This document shows positions 29,046 through 38,844 of a stretch of 64,000 bases of DNA, one piece after another. Made by a program: the position numbers and the translations under genes. The stretch is from the IMG/VR virus record IMGVR_UViG_3300008119_000039, positions 1 to 64,000 of that record; one strand, given 5' to 3'. Numbering within the stretch: position 1 is the stretch's first letter; each line of letters opens with the position of its first letter. The stretch is from a virus. A model generated the notes under the pieces. The model ran no database searches. It was not told the origin of the DNA and saw only the letters and a program-made list of their open reading frames with translations.

Positions 29046-29471
29046 ATGTGGTTATATAATAACGAACAACTTAATGAGTTACCAGAAGATTGCGTTGGAT
29101 TTGTTTATCTAATAACAAATCTAACAAACGATCGTAAGTACATCGGTAAGAAACTTGCTAAGTTTTCAAAAACCAGTACCAAAACAGTTACACTTAAAAA
29201 TGGTACTAAAAAGAAAAAAAAGATTCGTAGTAAAATTGATTCCGATTGGTTAGAATACTACGGATCAAGTATTGAATTAAATAAAGACATTGAAACTTTG
29301 GGAAAAGAACATTTTACCCGAGAAATTTTATATTTCTGTAAGTCAAAGGCTGAGTGTTCTTACGTTGAAGCACGAGAACAGTTTAGTCGTAGAGTTTTAG
29401 AATCAACTGAATATTATAATGGACAAATCTCAGTACGAGTACACGGATCACACATCATAGGTAAGGTATGA
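29046..29471 (+). CDS. GIY-YIG endonuclease (endonuclease II/DenA-like)
   Basis: GFVYLITN...KYIGKK...YYGSS...E...YYN; single domain. Confidence 0.85.
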   Translation: MWLYNNEQLNELPEDCVGFVYLITNLTNDRKYIGKKLAKFSKTSTKTVTLKNGTKKKKKIRSKIDSDWLEYYGSSIELNKDIETLGKEHFTREILYFCKSKAECSYVEAREQFSRRVLESTEYYNGQISVRVHGSHIIGKV

Positions 29472-30472
29472 CAAAAATACTTTTTATAACAGCAATAGCA
29501 TTATCAGCTTGTGCAGCTTATTACTCTGTAATGGGCTTGCTTGCTATTTTCTCAGCAGCTGTTATTCCAATTCTTATTATGGGTTCACTACTAGAAGCTG
29601 CAAAACTTGTAGTAGCTTCTTGGCTCTATCGTTCGTGGAAAGAAATTCCATTAATAATGAAGTCTTATTTCACCTCAGCATTAGTTATTTTGATGATACT
29701 AACTTCGATGGGTATCTTTGGTTATCTATCGAAAGCACACCTAGATCAAGCAGTCCCAAGTGGGGATGTTGCTTCAAAGGTATCAATACTTGATGAGAAA
29801 ATAAAAACAGAAAAAGATAACATAGATGTCGCAAGAAAACAAATCAAACAACTTGATGATCAAGTGGACCAAACGATCGGAAGAAGTTCTGACTCGCAAG
29901 GAGTGGAGAGATCTCTACAGATTAGACGAGGACAGCAAAAGGAAAGAACCGCACTTCTTGCTGAAATTGGATCAGCTCAAACCAGAATCGCCAGATTAAA
30001 TGAAGAACGTGCACCAATTGCTGCTGACTTAAGAAAAGTTGAAGCTGAGGTTGGTCCGATTAAATATATTGCTGCGTTAATCTACGAAGACACTGCATCA
30101 GAAGATGTGCTAGAAAAAGCAGTTCGTTGGGTTATTATTATGATTGTTTTGGTATTTGACCCACTGGCTGTTTTACTATTGGTAGCAGCAAACTGGCAAA
30201 TGCGTAAAGATTCTGAGATCATCGTACAATCTGAAGAATTACCTGAACCACAACCTCTACAACCCAAGCCAGAGCCAGAGCCATTACCAGAAGAAAGTAA
30301 GAGTATAATCTCTAACTTCTTTCGTAAGCCTAAAGAAGACACGTCAACATTAGAAGTCTTTGAACACGCCACAACTAAGAAAGTTATAAACTTAAAAAAT
30401 GAAGCTGTGGTGAATGATCAGATTCAAATAGAACTTACACAAGAAAAACCTCCTAGACCACCTTTAAGGTAG
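29468..30472 (+). CDS. Membrane protein with coiled coil
   Basis: Three N-terminal TMs, EVGPIKYIA, FDPLAV TM, Pro/Glu tail. Confidence 0.75.
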   Translation: MTKILFITAIALSACAAYYSVMGLLAIFSAAVIPILIMGSLLEAAKLVVASWLYRSWKEIPLIMKSYFTSALVILMILTSMGIFGYLSKAHLDQAVPSGDVASKVSILDEKIKTEKDNIDVARKQIKQLDDQVDQTIGRSSDSQGVERSLQIRRGQQKERTALLAEIGSAQTRIARLNEERAPIAADLRKVEAEVGPIKYIAALIYEDTASEDVLEKAVRWVIIMIVLVFDPLAVLLLVAANWQMRKDSEIIVQSEELPEPQPLQPKPEPEPLPEESKSIISNFFRKPKEDTSTLEVFEHATTKKVINLKNEAVVNDQIQIELTQEKPPRPPLR

Positions 30473-30489
30473 TGTAAAACATAATTAAC

Positions 30490-30497
30490 CCTAAATA
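30490..30497 (+). promoter_or_regulatory. T4-type late promoter
   Basis: CCTAAATA upstream of a three-gene secreted-protein operon. Confidence 0.6.
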
Positions 30498-30553
30498 ATA
30501 TTAGAGTGAACGCAATACCTCGTTATTTTCCGTATAACTAAAAAGGTTTAAAA

Positions 30554-31027
30554 ATGACCAAAAAGATCGCTACAGCGGTGCTTTTTGTCATGTATTTGTC
30601 TTCTGCGATGGCTGATCCCATCGTGACTGATTCGACTAGTAGAAGTACAACTGATTCTACTTCAAATAGCACTACAACAGTAAAATCCCCTCCACCAACA
30701 GCAGTGGCTCCAGCAATCACGATTATTAATAGTGATGTTTGCGCTGTAGCTGTATCTGGTGCAACTCAAACTCAAATTCTTGGTATCTCCTTTGGTGCCA
30801 CGATGACTGATAAGAATTGCGAAAGATTAAAGTTAGCTCGTTCCACATATGATATGGGTATGAAGGTAGCAGCAGTTGCTATTATGTGCCAAGATGAAAG
30901 AGTCTTTACAGCAATGATGAATGCTGGAACACCATGCCCAGTAGATGGTAAAATTGGTGAGCAAGCCAAGAAAATCTGGGAAGACAATCCTGATCGTCAA
31001 CCACAAAAAGTCAAGAGTAAAGACTAA
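30554..31027 (+). CDS. Secreted Ser/Thr-rich, Cys-containing hypothetical protein
   Basis: Signal peptide AMA-DP, SPPPTA, four Cys. Confidence 0.7.
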   Translation: MTKKIATAVLFVMYLSSAMADPIVTDSTSRSTTDSTSNSTTTVKSPPPTAVAPAITIINSDVCAVAVSGATQTQILGISFGATMTDKNCERLKLARSTYDMGMKVAAVAIMCQDERVFTAMMNAGTPCPVDGKIGEQAKKIWEDNPDRQPQKVKSKD

Positions 31028-33232
31028 ATGAGATTTTGGGTATTAGTGTTTTTGGTTGTTGGCTTGGTTGCACTCACACCAAGAGCTAAAGCACAAACTC
31101 CAATAACATCACAAAACATTCTAACACCAACAGTTGATGCATGGACTGGTTCTGTTGCAGGACAAAATGGTGGATACTCTGGTGGTGGTAATGGACCAGC
31201 ATTTAATGCAGGAACAAATACTTTAATTTTTGGATATACAACTGCAACAGCAACTCAAAGAATCACTGCTGAAGCATTTGCTATTCAACACGCATTAGAT
31301 TTGTCCAACTCTGGTATTAAAATTAATGGATATAATTATTCATGGCAGATTAATAATTCTGGTGAGCAATCTGGAACTTTGACTGGACAGGTAAATTTGT
31401 TAAGAGGTACTAGTGTTTTAAGAACTGACATCTATAATTACAATACTCCAACGAATGGTTTTCAGTTATACTCTGGCACTCAAACTTTTGTTAATCAAGA
31501 AAGTATGCTTGCTGGTGATTCAATGACACTTTCGTTTACTGGTAAAGATAGTAGATTCTGGGCAGGTTATTATGGACCACAAGTTCGTAATCCATCAATT
31601 ACATTAAACTATACTACTGATCCGTGCGCAGGCAATCCAGCATATTCACCATCGTGTTCAGGATATAACACAGTAGTAACCAGTCCAAATTTATTAACTG
31701 GAATGACTGGACCACAAGCATATGCTATCAACCAAGCATTATCCAATGCTGGTGCTGGCGCAATGATACATGGTTTTAATTATGGATATGACTATAGCGT
31801 AGCTGGAAGAACATGTTCCTTTTTTGATTTGTTTGGTTTTTGTTTAACAGGTTGGCAGTATTCAGATGCAGGAGTTGCCACTGTTATTACAGACAGTAAT
31901 AATTCTACTATCTACAGTTCATCTAATACACACAATGGTGGTGATAATGGAACTTTTGGAACATATAGTAAACAATTTAGATTTGGAACTTCCAGACAAA
32001 TAACTACACTTGGTGGCTTTGCTATGGCACCATGGACTAGTGGAAATGCCAGCATAACAAATATGTATAGCAATGCGGTATATACAGCAGATCCTTGTTT
32101 AGATCCTCTATCTTCACCATCATGTTCAGGTTATGCTGCAGCATATTTCACTCAACAATGTACTGCTAATCCTCTGTATAATTCTGCATGTCCTGGATAC
32201 GCACAAGCATATTTTACTCAACAATGTACTGTCAATGCAATGTTTGATCCTGCATGTCCTGGATACGCATCGGCATATCTAACATATCAATGTTCAATCA
32301 ATCCATTGTATAGCACCACATGTGCTGGATATGCAGAAGCCTATAAAACTCAACAATGTGCATTGGATGGATTATATGATAGAACTTGTACAAACTATGC
32401 AGACGCATATGCTAGAAAATATGTAATAGGTATTCCATCTTCTGGAACAATAAGCTATGGACCAGCTGATTCAAGATGCACAGTTGGTTGTGACACATCC
32501 AATACCCTAAACACAAATGCTGGACCAGCTACATCAGGCTATTCTGGTCCAGGTGCCACTAATGTATCAACAACACAGCCAGTAACTTCGATTAGTAACT
32601 CAGGACAAATTTCTACTGGTGTTGCTGTTACTAATGATAGTAACGTGAACGCTGTAATTGCAACTCCAAAAATGGATGGACCAGCTGCATCTACTGGCAA
32701 TAGTCCTGTTGCCTCATCAATGAATTCGCCTGGACCAGCTGCATCAGGATCTTCAACCCAAACAGCAAATGCTGGACCCGCCACTAGACAAGAACAAAAA
32801 TCAGAGGATAAAAGAGATGATGCTCCGAAAGGCACTGGAGGCAACAATTCGCCACAGACTACTAATACTGCTCAAGCGTCATCTGATAAACCAGCAGCAC
32901 CAACTGCTCGTCAAGCAATCCAAGAACGAAGAGAAGCTGCAGCAAAAGCTGAAGCAGTAGAAAAAGGTAAAAACCTTGCCAATGAAATGGGTAAGGCATC
33001 TGACATGGAATCACAAAAACAAGTTCAGAATGTAGTTATTCAAGCAATGGGGTTTACACCTGGATTTGATACATACGGTAAAGCAATGTTACCAGATGTT
33101 GCTGGATATAAACCATATTCAGTTTATAACAATCAAAAAACTATTGATAATCGTGCTAACCTAAGAATGTTTGGTGGCACTGATCGCATACATAACGAAA
33201 TGGTAAACTCACAATATAACAAAGGAAATTAA
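31028..33232 (+). CDS. Large secreted protein with Cys-rich tandem repeats
   Basis: Signal peptide; repeated C..NP.Y...C.GYA.AY..QQ units; low-complexity linker. Confidence 0.75.
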   Translation: MRFWVLVFLVVGLVALTPRAKAQTPITSQNILTPTVDAWTGSVAGQNGGYSGGGNGPAFNAGTNTLIFGYTTATATQRITAEAFAIQHALDLSNSGIKINGYNYSWQINNSGEQSGTLTGQVNLLRGTSVLRTDIYNYNTPTNGFQLYSGTQTFVNQESMLAGDSMTLSFTGKDSRFWAGYYGPQVRNPSITLNYTTDPCAGNPAYSPSCSGYNTVVTSPNLLTGMTGPQAYAINQALSNAGAGAMIHGFNYGYDYSVAGRTCSFFDLFGFCLTGWQYSDAGVATVITDSNNSTIYSSSNTHNGGDNGTFGTYSKQFRFGTSRQITTLGGFAMAPWTSGNASITNMYSNAVYTADPCLDPLSSPSCSGYAAAYFTQQCTANPLYNSACPGYAQAYFTQQCTVNAMFDPACPGYASAYLTYQCSINPLYSTTCAGYAEAYKTQQCALDGLYDRTCTNYADAYARKYVIGIPSSGTISYGPADSRCTVGCDTSNTLNTNAGPATSGYSGPGATNVSTTQPVTSISNSGQISTGVAVTNDSNVNAVIATPKMDGPAASTGNSPVASSMNSPGPAASGSSTQTANAGPATRQEQKSEDKRDDAPKGTGGNNSPQTTNTAQASSDKPAAPTARQAIQERREAAAKAEAVEKGKNLANEMGKASDMESQKQVQNVVIQAMGFTPGFDTYGKAMLPDVAGYKPYSVYNNQKTIDNRANLRMFGGTDRIHNEMVNSQYNKGN

Positions 33233-33233
33233 A

Positions 33234-33734
33234 ATGGCAGAGGAAATTAAAGACGTCAATAAAAAGATTGACGAAGCAGAAGCAGCAGTAAAGAAGTATG
33301 CAAGTAAAGATACTGTAATTAGTATTGGTGGTTACGAATTTACACCTGCAAAACTAATGGTAGCTGCAACATTAGTATCATCTATTCTTGGTGGTTTATA
33401 TGGTGCGTTTGAAGTCTATAAAGATTATCAGGGTATGAAGAAAAAGATTGCAGAATATGTTTCACCAGATTTAGCAGAAGTTTATAAAAAGCTAGATGTT
33501 ATTCAAGTAGAGTCTGGTAAAACTGCTGAGTATACTCGTGATATCAAGAACGATCTTAAAAATGACATTCGTCGTTTAGAGTCAGTTGTTGAGCAAGTAG
33601 AGCGTTCAGCCAAACAATCTGCACGTGAATCAAGCGAATCGCAAAAAGAACAAGAGCGTGAACTACGTCAATTACGTAAAGAAATCGATACTAAGATCCA
33701 AAGAGCGTTAGACAACCCATTATCGAATAAATAA
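33234..33734 (+). CDS. Single-TM coiled-coil protein
   Basis: TM segment followed by heptad-rich region ending ALDNPL. Confidence 0.7.
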   Translation: MAEEIKDVNKKIDEAEAAVKKYASKDTVISIGGYEFTPAKLMVAATLVSSILGGLYGAFEVYKDYQGMKKKIAEYVSPDLAEVYKKLDVIQVESGKTAEYTRDIKNDLKNDIRRLESVVEQVERSAKQSARESSESQKEQERELRQLRKEIDTKIQRALDNPLSNK

Positions 33735-33743
33735 CCTTTCTAG

Positions 33744-33840
33744 ATCAATGACTTACGAAAACCCTACTGCTAGTAGGGTTTTTCAACATTTAGCTTTACT
33801 TTTATTTGACTTTAGCGTATAATAACTGTGTTAGGGTTGA
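33744..33840 (+). promoter_or_regulatory. Terminator-like stem-loop plus sigma70-type promoter cassette
   Basis: AACCCTAC-TGCTA-GTAGGGTT plus T-run; TTTACT(33795)-17-TATAAT(33823); blocks shared with 61137-61214. Confidence 0.75.
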
Positions 33841-33854
33841 AAAAGGAACTTATT

Positions 33855-34016
33855 ATGATACGATTTATTATTGGTCTACTGTTGACCTTTGGTGCTGTTG
33901 GTGGTTTGGATAACGATCCAGATGCACCACTGTTGGTATTGACTTTGATTGCCGTGATTGGCTTGGGGTTGATGCATTCTGGTGTGCATGCTCTTGGGAG
34001 AAACAATAATGAGTAA
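33855..34016 (+). CDS. Small membrane protein
   Basis: AAGGA RBS, two hydrophobic segments. Confidence 0.6.
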   Translation: MIRFIIGLLLTFGAVGGLDNDPDAPLLVLTLIAVIGLGLMHSGVHALGRNNNE

Positions 34017-34221
34017 AATGGCTGAGTTAGCGTTAGACATTGAAGAGTTGTTGGCTGAAGGTATGTCACCAAAGTTTGTTGCAGTTACACTGAACTGTCC
34101 GATTGAAATGGTTTATGATACCATTGAACAACTTGAGTGTTTAGAATTAGAAAAGCAGTATGAAATGTTGTCATATGATGAAGAGATGGCAAATGACGAT
34201 GCACAATATTATGGAGCTTGA
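34009..34221 (+). CDS. Small acidic hypothetical protein (HTH-like)
   Basis: GGAG RBS; IEELLAEGMSPKFVAVTL.CP. Confidence 0.6.
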   Translation: MSKMAELALDIEELLAEGMSPKFVAVTLNCPIEMVYDTIEQLECLELEKQYEMLSYDEEMANDDAQYYGA

Positions 34222-34222
34222 T

Positions 34223-34525
34223 ATGATTATTACTTACAAAGAAGCACAATTAGCAACTGAACATTTTGATAAGAGTCATGGATCGTTTTTCGATCGTGGT
34301 TCTGCAGATTCTTACTACCATCGTCCACGTGACCCACATCGTGGTGGTGTTGGTGGTATGTCTGGTCCTAGAATTGATGCTGTGCGTGAAAATAAACTTA
34401 AACCTAGAGATCCAATAGCAAAGGATCTACGTACTCCCAAATACCGAATGCGTGTAGTTGAGAGTAAGGTTAAGTACACACGCAAATCCAAACACACAAA
34501 GGACAATTATGGACAATACTTATGA
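34223..34525 (+). CDS. Hypothetical protein, possibly a fusion of two small genes
   Basis: FDRGSADSYY module joined to PRDPIAKDLRTPKYRMRVV module. Confidence 0.5.
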   Translation: MIITYKEAQLATEHFDKSHGSFFDRGSADSYYHRPRDPHRGGVGGMSGPRIDAVRENKLKPRDPIAKDLRTPKYRMRVVESKVKYTRKSKHTKDNYGQYL

Positions 34526-34757
34526 AATAGGCAGAGGTGGTGCTCTTACTACTGTTAAGATTAAAGACTACCCATACGATGTTGTTGAGTTTACCATTAC
34601 CAAATATCTTGCTGATGAAAAAGGTAGGGAGATTGTCAACAGCGGATACACCACATTCTTTTCCAATAAAGAATTCGTAGATTTTTTCACACCAATTGTA
34701 AATGACTTGAAAGCGAGATTTGATAATGCAAACAATGCCAGCAAACCAAACACCTGA
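34509..34757 (+). CDS. Hypothetical protein
   Basis: AAGGA RBS, coupled ORF. Confidence 0.6.
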   Translation: MDNTYEIGRGGALTTVKIKDYPYDVVEFTITKYLADEKGREIVNSGYTTFFSNKEFVDFFTPIVNDLKARFDNANNASKPNT

Positions 34758-34987
34758 ATTTAAAACTTGGCTCAAAGGACTACTAGTCGATGAAAATACA
34801 AAAGATCTGTGCGTTGTGTTTACCAAGAAAGATGGTACTGAGCGAGAACTATTCTGCACACTCGATGAAAGCAGAATCCCCTCAGCCAAACTTCCAAAAG
34901 TCCAAGAAAGTGGCTCGGTTGTTAGAAACTTCAGCGATGAGTCAGCCAGAGTGTTTGACACAGAAAGTAAGGTTTGAACTATCATGA
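34726..34987 (+). pseudogene. WYL/Sm-like SH3 protein, apparently truncated or frameshifted
   Basis: VVFTKKDGTERELFCTL...RVFDTE then stop at 34977; KVRFELS tail in another frame. Confidence 0.5.
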
Positions 34988-35181
34988 ATAATACTATGTT
35001 AACAATCGGTCTTTTGTTGGTTGCAATTGCTGCAGTAATTGGTATGCCTATTGCCCTTATCTGGGCACTCAATACCTTATTCCCTGTGTTGGCAATTCCA
35101 TACGGCATTGAAACTTGGTTGGCTGCATTTATTATTCCAGCTGCATTTAAAACTGAATTTTCGTTTAAACAGAAAGCATAA
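34984..35181 (+). CDS. Small membrane protein
   Basis: IWALNTLFP.L.IPY..ETWLA. Confidence 0.65.
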   Translation: MNNTMLTIGLLLVAIAAVIGMPIALIWALNTLFPVLAIPYGIETWLAAFIIPAAFKTEFSFKQKA

Positions 35182-35183
35182 TT

Positions 35184-35462
35184 ATGAGTATTTCCTCAAT
35201 TGAAGATCGTAAAAAGATTTTTGGTGCCATCCGTGAGATTAGTAATTCTATGGTTCGCATCGAAGCAGAACGTGATCTAATCAAAGACATCGTGAAAGAT
35301 GTTTCTGATAATTATCAACTTTCTCGTAAAGTTGTAAATAAGATGGCTAAAGTTTATCATAAACAATCACTATCTCAAACTGTTGCTGAACACGAAGAGT
35401 TTGTAGACATGTATGACCAAGTAACCAGTGCGAATAATACCAACACTGCACCCAACCCATAA
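35184..35462 (+). CDS. dsbA: T4 DsbA-like dsDNA-binding protein
   Basis: EISNSMVRIEAERDLIKDI..KMAKVYHKQ. Confidence 0.8.
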   Translation: MSISSIEDRKKIFGAIREISNSMVRIEAERDLIKDIVKDVSDNYQLSRKVVNKMAKVYHKQSLSQTVAEHEEFVDMYDQVTSANNTNTAPNP

Positions 35463-36030
35463 GTACAAGTTACTTTATGTTTCTGGATACGCTCAGGAGG
35501 GTGATGGTACATTCGATGCTTTATTCTCAAAGACAACTATAACAGATAATTTTAAAGAACTTTTCTATAAAAATGAAATAGAAACATATGCGTGTGAGTT
35601 TAGTAAAACAGACACGCATTTTTCAGTGTATCATAAATGTAGAGAATTTGTTATAAAGAATAAAATTGATTTTGTCTTTGGTTTTTGCTATGGATCGTTT
35701 CCGTCTTTATACTCTGCCATAGATAGTAGTGTAAAAGGTGTTATTCTTTTAGATACTTCTACTATTCCTCCTGTTTGGTCTAATCGGGGAATTACCTCAA
35801 ACTTAACAAAACCAATTCCGCCAATTAAACTGGATAGTATAACATGTCCTGTTAAATTATTTTATTCAGAGTGGGGAGTTAATAATAAGATTAATACCTT
35901 TAATAAATTACAAACTGAGTTTATTAAAACACTTGACGTTGAAGTCATCCCAAATAGTACACATGCTATTATGCTTGAACCACAACGATATATCTTAATG
36001 GATAAAATAATGGAGTTTATAAATGCTTGA
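35428..36030 (+). CDS. Alpha/beta hydrolase with Cys nucleophile elbow
   Basis: GFCYG, VKGVILLD, I.CPV, IPNSTH. Confidence 0.65.
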   Translation: MRIIPTLHPTHKYKLLYVSGYAQEGDGTFDALFSKTTITDNFKELFYKNEIETYACEFSKTDTHFSVYHKCREFVIKNKIDFVFGFCYGSFPSLYSAIDSSVKGVILLDTSTIPPVWSNRGITSNLTKPIPPIKLDSITCPVKLFYSEWGVNNKINTFNKLQTEFIKTLDVEVIPNSTHAIMLEPQRYILMDKIMEFINA

Positions 36031-36841
36031 CTATCCAGCTTGGAAAAATGGTAAGTACTGTAAAGTTAAAGATCTGACCGTATCAGTTCTTGATTTTGGT
36101 TTGATTCATTGTGATGCTACATATGATGTTCTTGCCGTTAAAAATGGCGAGATACAAAATCTCGAAGCACACCTGAGTAGATTTATTAACAGTTCACAGG
36201 GGTGGCGCATTCCAGTTGAATACTCTGATAATGATATTGAGATTGTAATTCAAACACTGGTGGCTATTGCTCCAACTGATGATCTATTAGTTTGGATTGG
36301 TTTAACACGTGGAACACCTACATCTGGCAATCCAAGAGATCTAGACAGTTGTAAACCTAATTTGTTTATATACGTTAAACCTTACTATGGTTTCAACAAG
36401 GATAACACAGCAACTGTTTGTTTGGCTAAACAATTACGCAATACTGCCATTGATCAAACAATGAAGAACTTTGCATGGAATGATTTAAACCTTGCACAGT
36501 GGGAAGCAATTGATCGTGGTTATGATACAGCTGTGCTAATAGACCATAGAGGTTTCTTAACTGAAGGTCCAGGATTTAATATGGGTATTGTCCGTGACGG
36601 TAAAGTTTATGCCCCAAAGCAAAATCGCCTGGAAGGCACAGTTATGAAACTTGTTGAACAGTTATGTGTGGAAAATAACGTACAGTTTAGTTGGGCTGCA
36701 ATATCACCTGAGGATTGTCTTGATGCAGATGCTATGTTTTTAACATCAACTGCTGGTAATGTTATTGCAGTAAAGTGTTTTGAAAATAAATATTTTAATG
36801 ATAATGAGATTTTAAAATGGTTACAACAGAAGTTAGTCTAG
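36023..36841 (+). CDS. Class IV PLP aminotransferase (IlvE/D-amino acid aminotransferase-like)
   Basis: HLSRF, KN lysine motif, TEGPGFN, LEGT, ADAMFLTSTAG. Confidence 0.85.
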   Translation: MLDYPAWKNGKYCKVKDLTVSVLDFGLIHCDATYDVLAVKNGEIQNLEAHLSRFINSSQGWRIPVEYSDNDIEIVIQTLVAIAPTDDLLVWIGLTRGTPTSGNPRDLDSCKPNLFIYVKPYYGFNKDNTATVCLAKQLRNTAIDQTMKNFAWNDLNLAQWEAIDRGYDTAVLIDHRGFLTEGPGFNMGIVRDGKVYAPKQNRLEGTVMKLVEQLCVENNVQFSWAAISPEDCLDADAMFLTSTAGNVIAVKCFENKYFNDNEILKWLQQKLV

Positions 36842-37614
36842 AACAAAACAAACATCTATTATTCCTACTACCAGGACAAAGTTTATCGCCACGTGTTTTC
36901 TGGGATTTTAAACTACCAGATGGTTACACGCATATAGATTATTTTCTTGCAGCAGGTATAGATGTAATCTTATTTGATCCATGCGGTTATGGAGAGAGTA
37001 CTGAGAATTATCAGTACGATAGGCTTGGGTATGCAGACCAGATTGAATCTGCAATCAAAGAACTTAAGAAAGAATATGTTTCTAAAACTGTATTTGGTTT
37101 CTCTACATCAACTGCTCCTGCATTGATTGCTGGTGAGAGAGGTTTATTTGATAAAGTTATTATTCATAGTCCATCTGTTCGTATGGATAAACGGTATTAT
37201 GTTGAGTTTGACACTGAGCACTTTGAGACTGGTATCGAAAAACTTAAAAAAGAAAGACTTGAGAAGATTAGTGATAAGTTGATTGGTACACCAAATAGAA
37301 TTGACGGATGGGAGCAAAAGATTGTTGACGTTATTGGCAGCACTACTTGGAAAGTTCCATCGCAACCTGTTTATGATATAAACAATTACTGGGTTGATAC
37401 AGGACAGTTAGGGTTCGATCCTGCAAAGGTTCCACCGATCTTAAGCATTATTGGTGAGTATGACTATGAATCAACCACAGGTGGTTATGATACCTTTAAG
37501 GAACTATTCCCTCAATCCAAGGAAGTCATTATTCCTCAGTCTACCCATTTTTCTATGTGGGAAAATTCCTCTGCCCTAACTCGTTTGGAGATGATCCAAT
37601 GGGTCTTGCAATAA
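36817..37614 (+). CDS. Alpha/beta hydrolase
   Basis: FDPCGYGES, GFSTS, GEYD, IPQSTHF. Confidence 0.75.
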   Translation: MVTTEVSLEQNKHLLFLLPGQSLSPRVFWDFKLPDGYTHIDYFLAAGIDVILFDPCGYGESTENYQYDRLGYADQIESAIKELKKEYVSKTVFGFSTSTAPALIAGERGLFDKVIIHSPSVRMDKRYYVEFDTEHFETGIEKLKKERLEKISDKLIGTPNRIDGWEQKIVDVIGSTTWKVPSQPVYDINNYWVDTGQLGFDPAKVPPILSIIGEYDYESTTGGYDTFKELFPQSKEVIIPQSTHFSMWENSSALTRLEMIQWVLQ

Positions 37615-37677
37615 CCCTCAAAACCGTAAGGGAATGATCAAAAATACCTTGCCTTTAATTCAAAGGTAGGGTATAAT
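37614..37677 (+). promoter_or_regulatory. Stem-loop plus sigma70-type promoter cassette
   Basis: ACCCT-N10-AGGG; TTGCCT-TTAATTC..-TATAAT (37649-37677). Confidence 0.7.
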
Positions 37678-37705
37678 AGTTATATTAAATGGAGGTTATT
37701 GACCT

Positions 37706-38842
37706 ATGGCTGTAAATACTGCAAAACGTAAAGCTGCGATTGAGAAAGCAGATCGCATTATGAAGGGTGTTGAGGTTCAACTCAATCCTGAAACATATCA
37801 ACGTGACTTGATATGTGGTTTGAATTACTACAACGCAAATCACGATGACAAAGACAAGAAGAAGTGGTTCATCTCTCACTACGCTAAGATTGATAAGAAA
37901 TTAGCAGTTGAGATGTTGAAGATCGATGAATACCAATTTAGGTATGCTGGTATTCTTGCACGTCTTCAAGATGGTGGTTCTGTCCTTCAAGAAAAGGAAA
38001 TGAATTACTACAATGAACGTGTAGAGTTCTTGAAGTCTCAGATTGGTGCTCGTCAAAAATCCCAAGACAAACAAGACAAGAAAGATGCAGATGCTGCCAA
38101 AGAAGCACTGCCATCAAATGTAATTTCAATCCAACAACGTATGGAAGATAAAGCCCATGACTTGGCTGGTGAGATTGAAGGTGCGATTGATGACTTTATT
38201 CTTGCTGGTTGCAAGTCAGAATTTTCAACAAAGAATTATCTGTTGGCGAATCAAGTGGCTGGACCAATTGCTAAACGCATTGGAGAGTTGTTTGAGGGTA
38301 CTGCCAAAGAACTTAGAGAAGCGATTGAAGGTACTGATGAGCAATTGGTAGAAGGTTATTCACACTTAAACAAACGAGAGCTAAAACGATTCTTAGAGTT
38401 TGTTGAAACTATTATTGCTGATTGTCAGCAGATGGTTCAAACAGCCAAAGTGAATCGTGCACCACGTAAGCGTAAAGAAATTTCTCCTACAAAGCAAGTT
38501 GCTCGTATGAAGTTCTTGCGTGAATTTACAGAACTTGGCTTGAAGTCAGTACCACCTACTAACATTATTGGTTCTGCAGAAGTCTGGGTGTATAATACCA
38601 AATACCGTAAACTACAAAAGTATGCTGCGGAAAGTGGCACTATTGCAGTCAAGGGAACTACCTTGATTGGTATTAGTTTGAAAGATTCTGTTTCGTTTAC
38701 ACTACGTAAACCAGAAGAATTCTTCAAGGGATTGTCTATGGGTAAACGTGCATTGAGTAATGCACTCAAAACCCTAAAGACTAAACCAGCTGTACCAAAT
38801 GGTCGTGTGAATGAAGAATGTATTATCTTGGGAGCATTTTAA
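37706..38842 (+). CDS. Conserved T4-like hypothetical protein
   Basis: GGAGG RBS; LNYYN...WVYNTKYRKL..TLRKPEE..NGRVNE. Confidence 0.75.
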   Translation: MAVNTAKRKAAIEKADRIMKGVEVQLNPETYQRDLICGLNYYNANHDDKDKKKWFISHYAKIDKKLAVEMLKIDEYQFRYAGILARLQDGGSVLQEKEMNYYNERVEFLKSQIGARQKSQDKQDKKDADAAKEALPSNVISIQQRMEDKAHDLAGEIEGAIDDFILAGCKSEFSTKNYLLANQVAGPIAKRIGELFEGTAKELREAIEGTDEQLVEGYSHLNKRELKRFLEFVETIIADCQQMVQTAKVNRAPRKRKEISPTKQVARMKFLREFTELGLKSVPPTNIIGSAEVWVYNTKYRKLQKYAAESGTIAVKGTTLIGISLKDSVSFTLRKPEEFFKGLSMGKRALSNALKTLKTKPAVPNGRVNEECIILGAF

Positions 38843-38844
38843 TT

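Noticed and set aside
34470-35108. 212-aa minus-strand ORF and the many other short antisense or alternate-frame ORFs in the track
   Set aside because: They are shadows of well-supported plus-strand genes and lack RBS or motifs
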